A stretch of 54,742 nucleotides of DNA, filler included, from Circinaria calcarea (lineage: Eukaryota), in assembly GCA_051942165.1 (NCBI GenBank). It is 4 parts of 4 records of this genome, joined end to end, with 100 filler letters (N's around TTAATTAATTAA, not from the genome) between each part and the next. Parts side by side here need not be neighbours in the genome. Positions count along the whole stretch, not along the records: positions 1 to 13,621 come from JAVECS010000483.1; positions 13,722 to 27,329 come from JAVECS010000484.1; 2 more parts are not named here. One strand, 5' to 3'. This document shows positions 11,951 through 23,766 of the stretch, in pieces. The stretch's first letter is position 1; every line of letters begins with the position of its first letter. The translations under genes were made by a program, and so were the position numbers. The notes under the pieces were generated by a model. That model searched no databases. It had not been told where the DNA came from and saw only the letters and a program-made list of their open reading frames with translations.

Positions 11951-13292
11951 TTATCGCTGCCCTCCACCGCGTCTTCCTCTGCCCCGGCCCTTTGCACCAC
12001 TACCCCTTTTACCACCTCTGCCTCTGTTAGTATGATCGTAAAGCTTTTCCGTCCCGAAGCTAGTATCTGAAATGTTAACATAGCTAACGACCCCTTGATC
12101 CACCACAGCCAAAATGACACCTCGCCAGCCGTGCTTTAACTTCTGGTACACTTGGTTATCCATTGTAGTAGGAGGTGGATTGAACGGCACACTCTGTAAG
12201 ACATAGGCTAGTTGTTGGAGGGTTGGGACATTGTCTTCACGAGCATTGATGACTACAATAGTGAAGTCTGCTGGGCCGGGTGTCGACTTCTTAAAGTCTG
12301 GACGGGGCTTCCAAACGTAGAAAGAGGGACGAAGGTGTTGTATATGTTGTCTAGTAGTAGCCATCGGTGCTTCCGGATGAGGCGTAGTTGAAAGTTCCCG
12401 CTCGGTAGTCAGCGTAGCATTGTGAAAAGGAATGAGGTCCAGGAAGCGATATATATCCACTGGTACAAATTAGTTACGGTCACTGACTATAATAAATCAT
12501 AGTACAGACAGTAGCTTCTGTACAATCCTAAATTTACCAAGGGACCTATAGGTGGTGGCTTAGGCCGGGTTTCAAACAGCAACTGGTGTAGCCATGCGAG
12601 CAATGGGGATGATCTAGGAGTGAAAGATGATCTAGTCTGTGCCCTGTCCATTTCACAATTTTCGGGATGCCACGCAAGACCTCTTTGAACAATATAACCG
12701 CTCCGTTTCAAATCCGCATAGACCGTGTATCTCTCTAGGGTCAACCCGTCTTGGTCCAGGAGCTCCGTGTAAGCAGACTGTAAACTTATCGCCATGTTCA
12801 ATGAGAGATCGCTCGAATGCGGCAGCCATCGCAATTCGAGATTTCCCCGCTCAAGGATGTAAAGCGTCTCCTCCGGCAGCAAATGTATCCGTCCAGTGAC
12901 GTCCGCTTTGCCCATGGTTCGGAAATGCTGACCCTTCTGATTCTCAATTATTGTCAGCCCAGTGCTGGGGTTGTAGATCCCGGTGATGTTGGTCTTGGGA
13001 GCATGAACGCGAGGATAGGAGAGGGCATGATGCATCGCCGCACGAGAAGCGGCAAGCATGTCTTGCTGCAGGGTTGTGCCATGGGGTTCAAAGTCCTTTT
13101 CACCGCGACGAGGGAGGGAAGAGTGTTCGGTGGCACTGCGATTATGGTTTTTTAGCCATGACTTGGTTTAAAAACTCGATAACCTTACCTGGAGAGGCTG
13201 GTAAGAAAACGAAAGTCCTGGGTCTCATCAGTCAAATCAATATCACCAGAACCCGGAGCGGTAGCGAGGTCATCCGCATCAATGTCGGACAT
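11951..13292 (-). CDS. SEN54: tRNA-splicing endonuclease subunit Sen54
   Basis: MSDIDADD...DLTDETQDFRFL, LPRRGEKDFEPHGT, HLLPEETLYILERG, YTVYADLKRSGYIV, FKKSTPGPADF and KLKHGWRGVILAVVDQGVVSY. Two introns (about 13188-13136 and about 12510-12460). Confidence 0.9.
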
Positions 13293-13418
13293 TGCTGCTG
13301 TTAGAGTGTATGGTTGGTCATCATGGAATCCCATAACATGGAAACGCTGGCCTCAGAGAGAGCGGACCAATAACAGGTATATAGATTAAAAAACGAGAAA
13401 CGAACGAGATATTTATTA

Positions 13419-13515
13419 GGGAAGGTGGCCGAGTGGTTATGGCGCTACGTTTAGGACGGCGAAATCCAAAAAACCGTAGTTCGAAAGAGCGTGGGTTCGA
13501 TCCCCACCCTTCTCA
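13419..13515 (+). tRNA. tRNA-Leu(TAG) with an 18-nt intron (13456-13473)
   Basis: Acceptor stem GGGAAGG/CCTTCTC plus A; A-box TGGCCGAGTGG; anticodon stem CTACG/CGTAG with loop TT-TAG-G and the intron after position 37; variable arm; T arm GTGGG-TTCGATC-CCCAC. Confidence 0.93.
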
Positions 13516-13533
13516 AAATAATTTCAATTGATA

Positions 13534-13540
13534 TTTTTTT
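13534..13540 (+). terminator. RNA polymerase III terminator (T7)
   Basis: A run of 7 T about 18 nt downstream of the tRNA 3' end. Confidence 0.7.
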
Positions 13541-13621
13541 AAATTTTTATTAAGGGGCGTTATTTTATAAATTATAAAAAATTATTATAATATTAATTAT
13601 TAATAATATATATCACGGTTT

Positions 13622-13721
13622 NNNNNNNNNNNNNNNNNNNNNNNNNNNNNNNNNNNNNNNNNNNNTTAATTAATTAANNNNNNNNNNNNNNNNNNNNNNN
13701 NNNNNNNNNNNNNNNNNNNNN
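13622..13721. other. Artificial contig linker (N44-TTAATTAATTAA-N44)
   Basis: A 100-nt spacer with stop codons in all six frames, repeated identically three times in the window. Confidence 0.97.
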
Positions 13722-13728
13722 GCGCGCA

Positions 13729-16700
13729 TTAACCGCCGCCCCCTCCTCCTCCACCACCATTACCACTAGCATCATTACCAGCATTATACTCCTCACCCCG
13801 CGAAACCGGCCCTCCAAATAACTTGCTATTCCCATTCGCGTCCAATTTTCCACCAGCTCTTCGGCTAGCCGGGGGAGTAAACTCGCCGTCATGGTAATCG
13901 AGTGTAGACTGCGGGCTTGATGGTGACCCGCTACCGCCTCGGCCTCGGCCTCCACCGGCACCAGCGCCACTTATTTGTCTCCCGAGAGCGCCGAGTCTTC
14001 CGCCCATTCGCTTGCCTGGAGGGTCGGTATGGTAGGTGGGAGATTGGTGGACTGTTGGTTGCGGGGTCATTGGTTGGGTAGCAGCAGTACTCATGGGCTG
14101 TTCACTAGCAGTGCTCATTTGCCTCCCGCTAACGAGGCCGTTGGTTCTGACGGATTGCGGACTTATGGCCTGCGGGTTCGAGATTTGCGGACGAGTATTG
14201 TTCCCTCCAGTGGTAGCCTCCGATCCTTGATTTCTATAGCTCAGTTTCCCAGGTCCATATCTCATGTTCTCCCTATCGCTTTCGCTCTCAGTGCCGGTTT
14301 CGCTCTCGCTCTGGCCGCCCCACTCGCCCTCTCCTTGTCTCCCTGCCGGTCTCTTGACTGAGCCTCTCCGACTTGTCAGTTTGCTGATCCAGCTCTCTTT
14401 CCTCCGTCTTCCAGCATTCTCCTGTGCATCGTCTGCATACCACAATGCTGGTACTAGTAGCCGATATGGTACCGTGAATCCTGCTGGGTCCCTCTGGCTC
14501 ACTTCGCAATTGATGACAATATCAAGTCCGTTCTCTAGGTTGATTTCCTGACTCGCAAGCCCGCCTTTGGCTGCCGCCAGATTGGTGGGCTGGCGGTGAA
14601 AGGTGCTGATGGGACGGATGGGCAGTGGAGCAGAGACGTTGCGCGAAGTACCATTAATGGCGGCAGTACCTGTGGTTTTGGGGGGAGAAAAGTAGCCGTC
14701 TACAGAGGTCCGATGGGGATACGAGGGAGGTGATTGATGACCGTCCTCGTCAGGATGTGTCTGATCAGGAGATGCCGGGCCACGTTGGGAAAGACGACGG
14801 AAGAGATTAGAAGGTTTGGAGTTGCCTTGAGTAAGTGAAAGGGTTCTCTGAAGGCGATTTCGGGGGCGTTGAGGCAACGAAATCTCCGAGTCTCCCGAAG
14901 CAGAAACCGATGAGGGTGGTGTTGGCGGAGGAGTTGAGCCTACACCTTACATTAGTCATTTAAACCTTCCCGGTACCGTCTAGCTGATCACTCGACTGAC
15001 CTGGGTGATACTCGCTGATAGAGCACCAGTTCCGCCGAGGTAACAACCTTTTGTTATTTCTCTTCTTACCATCGACGTCATGCGTAAACATTGGAATCAT
15101 ATCCTCGTCGGTCTAGGTATGTTAGCTGAGGACTTGATATTATGGGAACGTGTGCCTACTTCATGGTCCAAATGATGTACCTTGTTACGTTTATTCAGTA
15201 TGTCTCCCATCACTTCTGGTGGCGGTGTGTTGACAATCGCAGATGAAATCACGTTGGGCATATATCGATGGTCTCGATCCTTGGGAATTTTGAGCTTGGG
15301 ATTCGAGTAAAACTGACCAACTGCTGCAAGGTGGACATCCCCTCTGGTTGTAGTAGTTAGCAATGATATAGGACAGGTACCGAATTTTATAGACCCACCC
15401 CAGTATGGTGATTCGAATAGATTTATCAGCAGCCAGATCCTGTAACTCCTGAATAAACCAATTCCTCTCGTCCTTGTGATTTCTCGCAGTCCAATGGTCA
15501 TCGAGGTCGTCTAGAATCTCGACACCACCGTCGAATTGATTCAAAAAGTTACCCAGCATACCCATTCGACCTATCGCTTTGATAGGATCCATGACCCTAC
15601 TGGTTAAGATGTTCTCCAACCAAACCAGCCTAGGGTAGGCTATCGGCACGCCAAGTAAGACGATTAGATGCTTTGTTTCACCTTCTATAATCTCCCTTCG
15701 ACATCTGTCGAAGATGAGTCCATACGAGGCCTCACTGAGGACTTCTTCACGCTGCAACCAATCAGTATGTACATCCTATCTCACGTGCAACTGTCTTACC
15801 ATGCGTTCTGTACGGCAATCCAATCCTAAGAAAGCAACGTGTTTACCGAGAGACAAGTAGACGCTTCTACTAAGCTCGTTGATGTACGGACCAGGGGATG
15901 CACCAAGTAACCAGCTAGGCTCGTCGGCTGAACTCTCATCGGAGACACTCTGATGCTGGAAGAGCAAGTAATACTTGAAAGCAACGTTGCCCAAACCACA
16001 AAAGACAGGTGTACTCATGAAGTGATGGGGATACGAGCCGAAGCCGTCGATAATATCTACGCTCCGTTAACCGGCTTGAATCGTCCACTATGAGATTAGA
16101 GCTCCGGTAAAAGCATTGCGATCAAAGGCATCTTCAATTTTTCCAAAGGGTTCTGAGAGATAAGAGGTCAAGAAAACTACTTACCATGGTCATCCCAGAG
16201 GTTTATCATTGGTATTTGTGAATTGGCCATGCCAAAAAATCCTTGAGAGAACCACATGGAGTATCTTTCCAAGTAGAATGTCTCAAGTTCCTCCTGCATT
16301 TGTGGTGTGAAATCTGCTTCGTGCTTGCGGTGGGGATTCTTGATAGTAAGCCACTCCTGGAAAAGGGTGGTTTGCTTCATCACTGCATCGTTGTATATCT
16401 GGTCTCCACCGCCTATCATAACATGAAAGGGTTTGGTCTGATGATTGTTAAGGACATCACGCCATAAGGGATCTGGCCCAGAGAAATCCGCTGAACTGAT
16501 GAGGATTAGTAACAGATTACATTGCACAGTCCTCATCACTCACTTTACACTTAGGCTGAATCCATTGCAGCTATGGAACATGATGTTCATGGTTTGGCCT
16601 TTAGCAGGAACCCAGAATCCTATCGAAGCTGCTTGATTAATGCGATATGCTATCCGAGCTTGCGTCTTTCCAAGCTCGACTTCCAGGTTGAAGCGCCAAA

Positions 16701-19536
16701 AGGTGACACCACGCTCAGCATGTAATCGTACGCCTCGTACTTCTCGGTACTTGCCGGACTGTTGAAAATCTCGATGGGTCCCTCTGGTCTTTGTAGGGTA
16801 TGGAAGAGGGTTGCGGCCAAGGAGCTCATCAGCCTTACCATAAGACGTCGGTACATTAGCCGTCCGTGTTTCCTCGTACAAGCCATCATCATTCTCAATT
16901 CGTGAAACATCCACACCCTCTTCAAGATCCTCTACCGGTTTTACATATACGGTCTTGCCAGTTCTTGTCATCTTCGGGAGTCCTGCGATAGGGTCGACAT
17001 ATTCGGAAGGTAGGTCTTCTCCATCCTCGCCGTCAAGCTGCTGTGGAGGCGGGGGTAAGAGGCTGATAGGCTGATGGAAAAGGCGAAGGGATGGCACCGG
17101 ATCATAAGAGGATTCGGCGTCAACAGTGACAATCATGACACTACCACGCCATGTCTCGCGTCCGCCGTGAGATGCTTCCGTATGTGTGCTTAAACGTTCC
17201 GGCTGTTCGCGCCTTAAACCGGTATAGCGTAATAGTGGGCCGCATTTAAGGTATAGGGGAGGATTGAAAGTCGTAGGAGCTACTGGGACACGTACGCGGA
17301 CGGCCCGCATACTTTTGGTTAGCTCTTTGCTCAAGTATGGCTGACATATATGAGAATTATGAGAAAAATCATGCTCCGAAAGCTTTGAACAATCATACGA
17401 ATACGCAGATGTCCCGTTTTGTAGGGCCTTGAAACGTCCGGCGGTGATATTGAAATTAGGCTTGCGATACCACGAGCGGTTCCTCTGCCGAACACGCAGG
17501 GTCCCATCATAGCCGATGTATTGCCTTACCCGGACAGAATCACTGTTGCCCGGAAGACCACCTAGTGTAGACGAGGGAGACTCTTCAATGATTGGATTCA
17601 GAACGTTCAACATACCATTGCTGTCTTCAAGATCCTCGCTACGCGAACGGGAATTTCCTTCTAAAAGCTTTGCTCCGCCGCTTATTTGTTGACCAGCGGG
17701 TCTCCCCTCCCACCACGCCTTGTTGGTCGTACCCCCTTCGACATCCGGCACAGTATCTGCAAGTGTAAGACGTGCGACGCCGCCATGCTTCCATTCATCA
17801 AGGTGTCCCGGCCGCCCTGGCATTGGTGTTGAGGTCCCATCGGCATGATGGCGACCATGATGTAGGATCTTCGAAAGGTGGCGATGCTTGTGGTTCGGGA
17901 AAGCTCCCATGGGGCTTGTCTCCTCGCTCCCGAACCCCACCCTTTTTCTAGCCTCAATACCTGATGATGGCTGGGGAGGTACGTGGTATTTAAGAGCAGG
18001 TTCATGACTAGGAACTGCGTCGCCAGGGACAAGGTCTGGAGGTCCACCATACGTAGCTGCTGAATCGTCAGCTGATGATGGTTCTACACGGTTAGTGTAT
18101 AGCTGCTGCTGTTGTATAGGCACCTGGCGTGGGGTTTTACCATTTAGGCCGTGCGCATTTATTGGGCTTGATTGCTGTTGAGGAGCTCGCCGTCGGTGCT
18201 CGCGTGGAGAAGCCAAAGATACTCTGTTTTCACCAATGCTAGACCGATCGTGAGCACCATCAAAAGGAGCCGCACTGACCGCAGCAGGTGCTTTAGCTGA
18301 ATTTTCGGTGGACTCATGATTCTGGAACCTAACACCACGACCTTCATTACGGTCAATGCCATTGACTTGCACTGATTTGAGTTGATCAAGCTGAGGCTGC
18401 TTTTGTAGCTGGTCGCGACTAGATATCTTTGGTGACCGGTCGTTCCCTAGCTCTTGAGACGGGTTGGGCCCTGCGTTGTGACGTTCAGAGCCAATAACAT
18501 CCCCTTGCGGGAAAGTATGAGGTGTTACTTTCTGAGGAGCCACCTGATCACGCGGCGATCGCAAATGATTTACTGTATCCCGTACTCCAGACTGCTCCAG
18601 ACTAGCATTAGCCATGCCAGCATAATGATTGGTTGAGACCGTATTTTTACTAGACGGGGTTTCGCGATTTGTTTTTTGATCTGCCTTTGCCGCTTTAGAC
18701 ACCCTCAACAGCTGCTCTGCCTCTTGCACGCGAGCTCTTTTCTCTTCTTTGCTTATGTCATTGAGCTTGACCTCTAGTTTCTGTAGAGGAGACCGGTCCG
18801 CGGCCCATTCAGATCGACTCTCTGCTGCGCCTGCTGACACATGCCTTGATACAGATCGTGCTAACAGAGGATTAACATCAGTGGAGCGTGGAGGGTCATT
18901 GACAGTTGCTGTCTGAAGAACCGGGGCCCGGGTTGACCCCCTTTGTTGCCTTGGAGTCGTCGTAGATGAGGTTGCTTGCGGTGAAGACTGATCAGTCCTC
19001 GAAGAGGAAGGAAGGGAAGGGCTTTGTTGTTGGGCCTGTCGATCTGGTCTATTGGAAGACTGATTAACGCTACCGCGGCGAGAGTGCTTGCTGCTGTTAA
19101 TGACCGGCATCTCGTTGGCAGCAATGGAGTTCGCCAGCCTTGGATCCACGCTATCTGGTATTGTTCGGGCTCTTGCAGCAAATGATTTGGATGAAGCGCT
19201 ACTGGTGGGCGCCCCGTTACCGTAGGCGTCTCGATAGGATACTGGAGGTACCCGAGGCGCATCCGGCGCAGGAGGAAGCGCGTCAGATGGCGGGGACTGC
19301 TCGAGGCTCCTGGCAAAGTTCTGACCACTTATTCTCCGCCGACGGGACGTCATCCTAACCAAACCCTCATCCGGATGTGCAGTCGCGTCGTTCATCAGAG
19401 GTGATCTCTGCGCGTTTTGTGCTGTTCTCTCCGGTGATGGCAATGGATACCTGGGGTCGACTCTGATGGGTTGTCGATTAGGAGGCATGGCAGATGGGAG
19501 GTATTGTGTGGCTTCAGGAGCCCTGGTAGAGTCCAT
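13729..19536 (-). CDS. Large PhoD-like phosphatase-domain protein with a long low-complexity N-terminus (multi-exon)
   Basis: Spliced ORFs give LYLKCGPLLRY, NIMFHSCNGFS, FHVMIGGGDQIYND, NLWDDHDIIDGFGSYP, LGLDCRTERM, LLGVPIAYPRL, ILDDLDDHW, ILGGDVHLAAVG and VISSAIVNTPP. This is the metallophosphatase pattern of the fungal PhoD-like family. Confidence 0.85.
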
Positions 19537-20441
19537 TTTTGGGCCGATTGAGCACTTTGTGAAATTTCAGTAGGGGTCTGAATAACAGATGATCGGGTGC
19601 TTTGCTACCGTAAGGATATACCGCGACTTCTTTCACCGATTTTCTTCCACCTCTTCGGAATCGACAGTCATTTATGCATAACTTGCTGTCTTGTTATCAC
19701 GGATCATCCGATGATGAGGATGAGCATCGAATGAGGTTGCCGTTGTTTATTGGCGCATCTCGGAAGGAAGGTACTCCGTCGTAAGAGAACCCTATTACTC
19801 AAATAGCGTATGACGGGCCCATGGTTACGATCAGACTCGCGGTGCCGTGAAGTGGTGGAAGGGCATGCTCTCTCTGGACAGCGGCAGCAACCTTCTCCAG
19901 CTATTTCAATAAAATCCACTTGCACCTGCTCGGACTCCGTGCTCGAAACGTGCAAGGATGACCTGGCATTTGATCCGCTAACGTGTTCGACGAATAAGGC
20001 TGGAGTACACACTTGGCACAACTAAGCCTATTCGGATTCGGACCCATGCCAGTTGTGAAAATTAGCTCGGGAAGGAGTAGCGAAGTTATTACTGCTCCGT
20101 AGAAGACACGAATGGACCAACTGCTGCGGACAATATACTCGGCGTTGGCTCCATTTCATATCTGACAACGTTCTCCCTCTTGATGTGGGCCAACTGTTGA
20201 TTTTGCTGTTCAGCCTCGTTCTTTGTTCACTACTTACTTTGGCGTGTACGTGGTGCGCAACGGCAATCTGACATTCATATCTGCAAATCAACTAGACAGC
20301 AAATCCACGTCGAAGTCGACTGGAATCCGTATCAATCACAGCAAAGCAGCGCTTCTCGATAAACCGGTTGCGCCCTCGAAAGCTGGATGACTGCCTGTTC
20401 ATGGCATTCTGTTGAAATTTGAACATCCCACCTTTCACAAG

Positions 20442-23006
20442 ATGCGCTTGCACCACGTCCTCGCACTGCTGGCTCTGACATGCTCGTCCTCAGCTTTAAA
20501 CCTCAAACCTCGAAACCATGAAACACACGACTACTACACCCTTCACCTAGACCGTACCGCTTCGCCTGAGCATGTCGCTTCGGCACTCGGTCTAGATTAC
20601 GAGGGAAAGCTGGGCGAGCTTCCCGATCATCATACCTTTTCTGCCCCTCGCGAGAGGAAGCATGGGGCGGAGGATGTCTTACGGGACCTGAAGCTTCGAC
20701 GGAGGAAGCGAGACGCAGCTCCGCCAGCGAGCGCCTTGGGTGCGATATTATGGTCCCAGAAGTCACAGTTGAAGCCCCGGATGCAGAAACGAAATGTCAT
20801 CCCTCCACCCCCTGCACGGGCTCCCCCGGTTATTCCTGGAGCGACCGGTGTTGGAGTAATTGCGGCGATAGCTCAAAGGCAGGAAGTGGCAAGGAAACTC
20901 AGCATACGAGACCCCATATTCGCAGAGCAGTGGCATCTCTTCAACGCGGTGGAGGTCGGTCATGACGTTAACGTGACAGGCGTGTGGATGCAGGGCATAA
21001 CCGGTCATAACGCTACGGTGGTGGTGGTTGACGATGGGATTGATATGAACAGTGATGATCTCAAAGATAATTACTTCGCAGAAGGCTCCTACGATTTCAA
21101 TGATCATACCGATGAACCAAGGCCTCGGCTATCAGACGACAGGCATGGAACGAGATGTGCCGGAGAAATTGCTGCTGTACGGAATAATGTATGTGGCGTG
21201 GGTGTGGCATACGATGCCAAGGTAGGCGGCCTACGGATTCTTTCAAAATCCATTTCGGACGAAGATGAGGCGGTGGCTATAAATTATCAAATGCAGAAGA
21301 ATCAGATTTATTCGTGTTCCTGGGGACCACCAGACGACGGAAGATCAATGGATGCCCCTGGTACACTGATTAAACGAGCTTTGGTCAACGGCATCCAGAA
21401 TGGTCGCGGAGGCAAAGGCAGCGTGTTCGTTTTCGCGGCAGGAAACGGGGCTGCCAGTGAAGATAACTGTAATTTCGATGGTTACACCAACAGTATATAC
21501 AGCATCACCGTGGGTGCAATTGACCGAAAGGGCTTACATCCTTACTATTCCGAAAAGTGTTCGGCCCAACTCGTGGTGACATATAGCAGCGGCAGTGGAG
21601 ACGCAATTCATACAACAGACGTCGGTACGGATCAGTGCTACTCGAACCATGGAGGAACTTCGGCAGCTGCACCTCTGGGAGCAGGAATATTCGCTCTGGC
21701 CCTGTCCGTCCGCCCTGAACTCTCTTGGCGTGACTTGCAATATATATGTGTGCAGACAGCGGTTGCGGTCAACACGGATGAAGAGTGGGACACTACCTCC
21801 ATAGGCAAGAAGTACAGCCACACATACGGGTATGGAAAACTTGACACGTATGCTGTTGTCGAGGCCGCAAAAACATTCAAGTCCGTCAAGCCACAAGCTT
21901 GGCTCAAATCGCCATGGCAGCATGTCAAACATGAAATCCCTCAGGGTCGCCAGGGGCTATCCAGCTCTTTTGAGGTTACCAAAGAATCACTTCAAAAGGC
22001 TAATTTGGAGCGGCTTGAGCATGTCACTGTTACAATGAACATTGCGCATACACGAAGAGGAGATCTTAGTGTCGAGCTGATAAGTCCCTCGAATATGGTC
22101 AGTCACCTGAGCACGACCAGGAAGAACGACGACAGCGAGGCTGGCTACGTAGACTGGACATTCATGTCTGTTGCTCACTGGTAAGTTTTGCTGCTCCACA
22201 TTTATGAATCATCGAATGACCGTTATAGGGGTGAGTCTGGCCTGGGCAAATGGACCATTGTGGTGAAAGATACCAATGTCAACGAGTATAATGGTACATT
22301 CACCGACTGGAGGTTGACTCTATGGGGCGAGTGTATTGACCCAGCGAAGCAAGACCCGCTTCCTATGCCTACAGATCATGATGATGATGACCACGACACT
22401 ATTCCGGCAGTTGTGGCTACTACGTCGCTGACATCGACTCCGTCCCAGACTGGACTTCCATCTCAGCCGTCGGACCATATTGACCGCCCAGTCAATGCTA
22501 AGCCAACCTCACTACTGTCTACAACGCTGAGTCCAACAGGTATTCTTTCTGCCATTACAGAAACCTCTAGTATCACAAGCGCTACTTCCACTGCATCGTC
22601 TACCCCAAAGCCACATTCGGGCTTGGACACTTTCTTACCCTCTTATTTTCCCACCTTTGGCGTCTCAAAGCGTACGCAAATCTGGATATACGGTGCCATT
22701 TCAGTCATTATACTATTCTGCGGCGCTTTGGGTATTTTCTTCTGTGTACAGCGCCGGAGACGCGCTCGAACTAACCGCGCCGATTATGAGTTTGAAATGT
22801 TGGATGACCATGATGCGAATGCTCCCGCGAATGGCGCTGCAGGAGGTAAACGCGTGAAAAGGAGAGCCGGTGAATTGTATGATGCTTTTGCGGGAGAAAG
22901 CGATGAAGAAATCTTCAGTGATGCGGAGGTAGAGGCGGAATACAAGGATGAAGTGCCGGAGCAGCCTCGAGGCGCCAAAGCGGCAAAGGGTTTGTCTGAG
23001 AAGTAG
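20442..23006 (+). CDS. KEX2: Kexin (subtilisin-like proprotein convertase)
   Basis: Signal peptide, propeptide with KR sites, catalytic VVDDG / HGTRCAGE / AGNG / GGTSAA, P domain, S/T-rich stalk, TM helix and a cytosolic tail with YEF and LYDAFAG. One intron at 22181-22228. Confidence 0.96.
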
Positions 23007-23766
23007 GGAGCATCGCCGATTGAGCTTCACCGGTGTTTGGTGTTGGTTGCATTCTAAGGCGCTGTTGGCTAGCATACAAATCGTGGCTCATCACGTAGAA
23101 AAGGCGTTGTTGTTGCTCTTACGTTGGTCCTAACCCAACGAGCTCTAGCTTAGTTGTTTCTTGGATTGTATCCAAATATACTCGTTCGAAGTATCGTCGA
23201 CCTTGATCATTATGAGATCCTCGTGGAATACCTGAAACTGTGATAATTGTCAAAATACCTCAATGTACCCTATTCTCCCATCCATGAAAAGCCGGATGGA
23301 TTGATATGTCCAACTACGAGACTTAACTCTAGTTTACTATTATCCTAATTTTCTTTGATAAACCCACAATGTTCAAGATTTTCTGGAACTCTCCCCGGGA
23401 GATTCCTGTTTGTTGCCTTATGTTACTCACAACCAATGTCCGTCTTCGACCGCTTGTTGCGTTGGGCGCACCCTCGAGCCTCATATACCATTTCTCCCCA
23501 CATCCCTTTGCGCACATTTCTCGTCAGCATGACATCTGTACAGCAGCGCTGCAGCACCGGTAATCTCGCATCATAATATCTAATACTCAGTACATGTTTG
23601 TATCTCAGAGATTCTGTTCCACGATCGTTACAGCTAAAAGCGGCAGCATATATACTTTGTAATATCCGCAAGTAACCTCTCATCAATCATTCTTTCTCCT
23701 TCTCCCTCTCTTCAATGTCCATCTACATTTGCATCGCCCTTCACCTAATTCTTTTCCGTGCCAATT

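Noticed and set aside
13666..13677. TTAATTAATTAA palindrome recurring every 13708 nt
   Set aside because: It is a synthetic six-frame stop linker embedded in N runs; the periodicity reflects contig size sorting, not biology.
16057..16184. Stwintron (nested intron) interpretation
   Set aside because: Removing the inner intron would leave a roughly 32-nt outer intron with a poor GTGGAC donor and the wrong frame; alternative acceptors explain it better.
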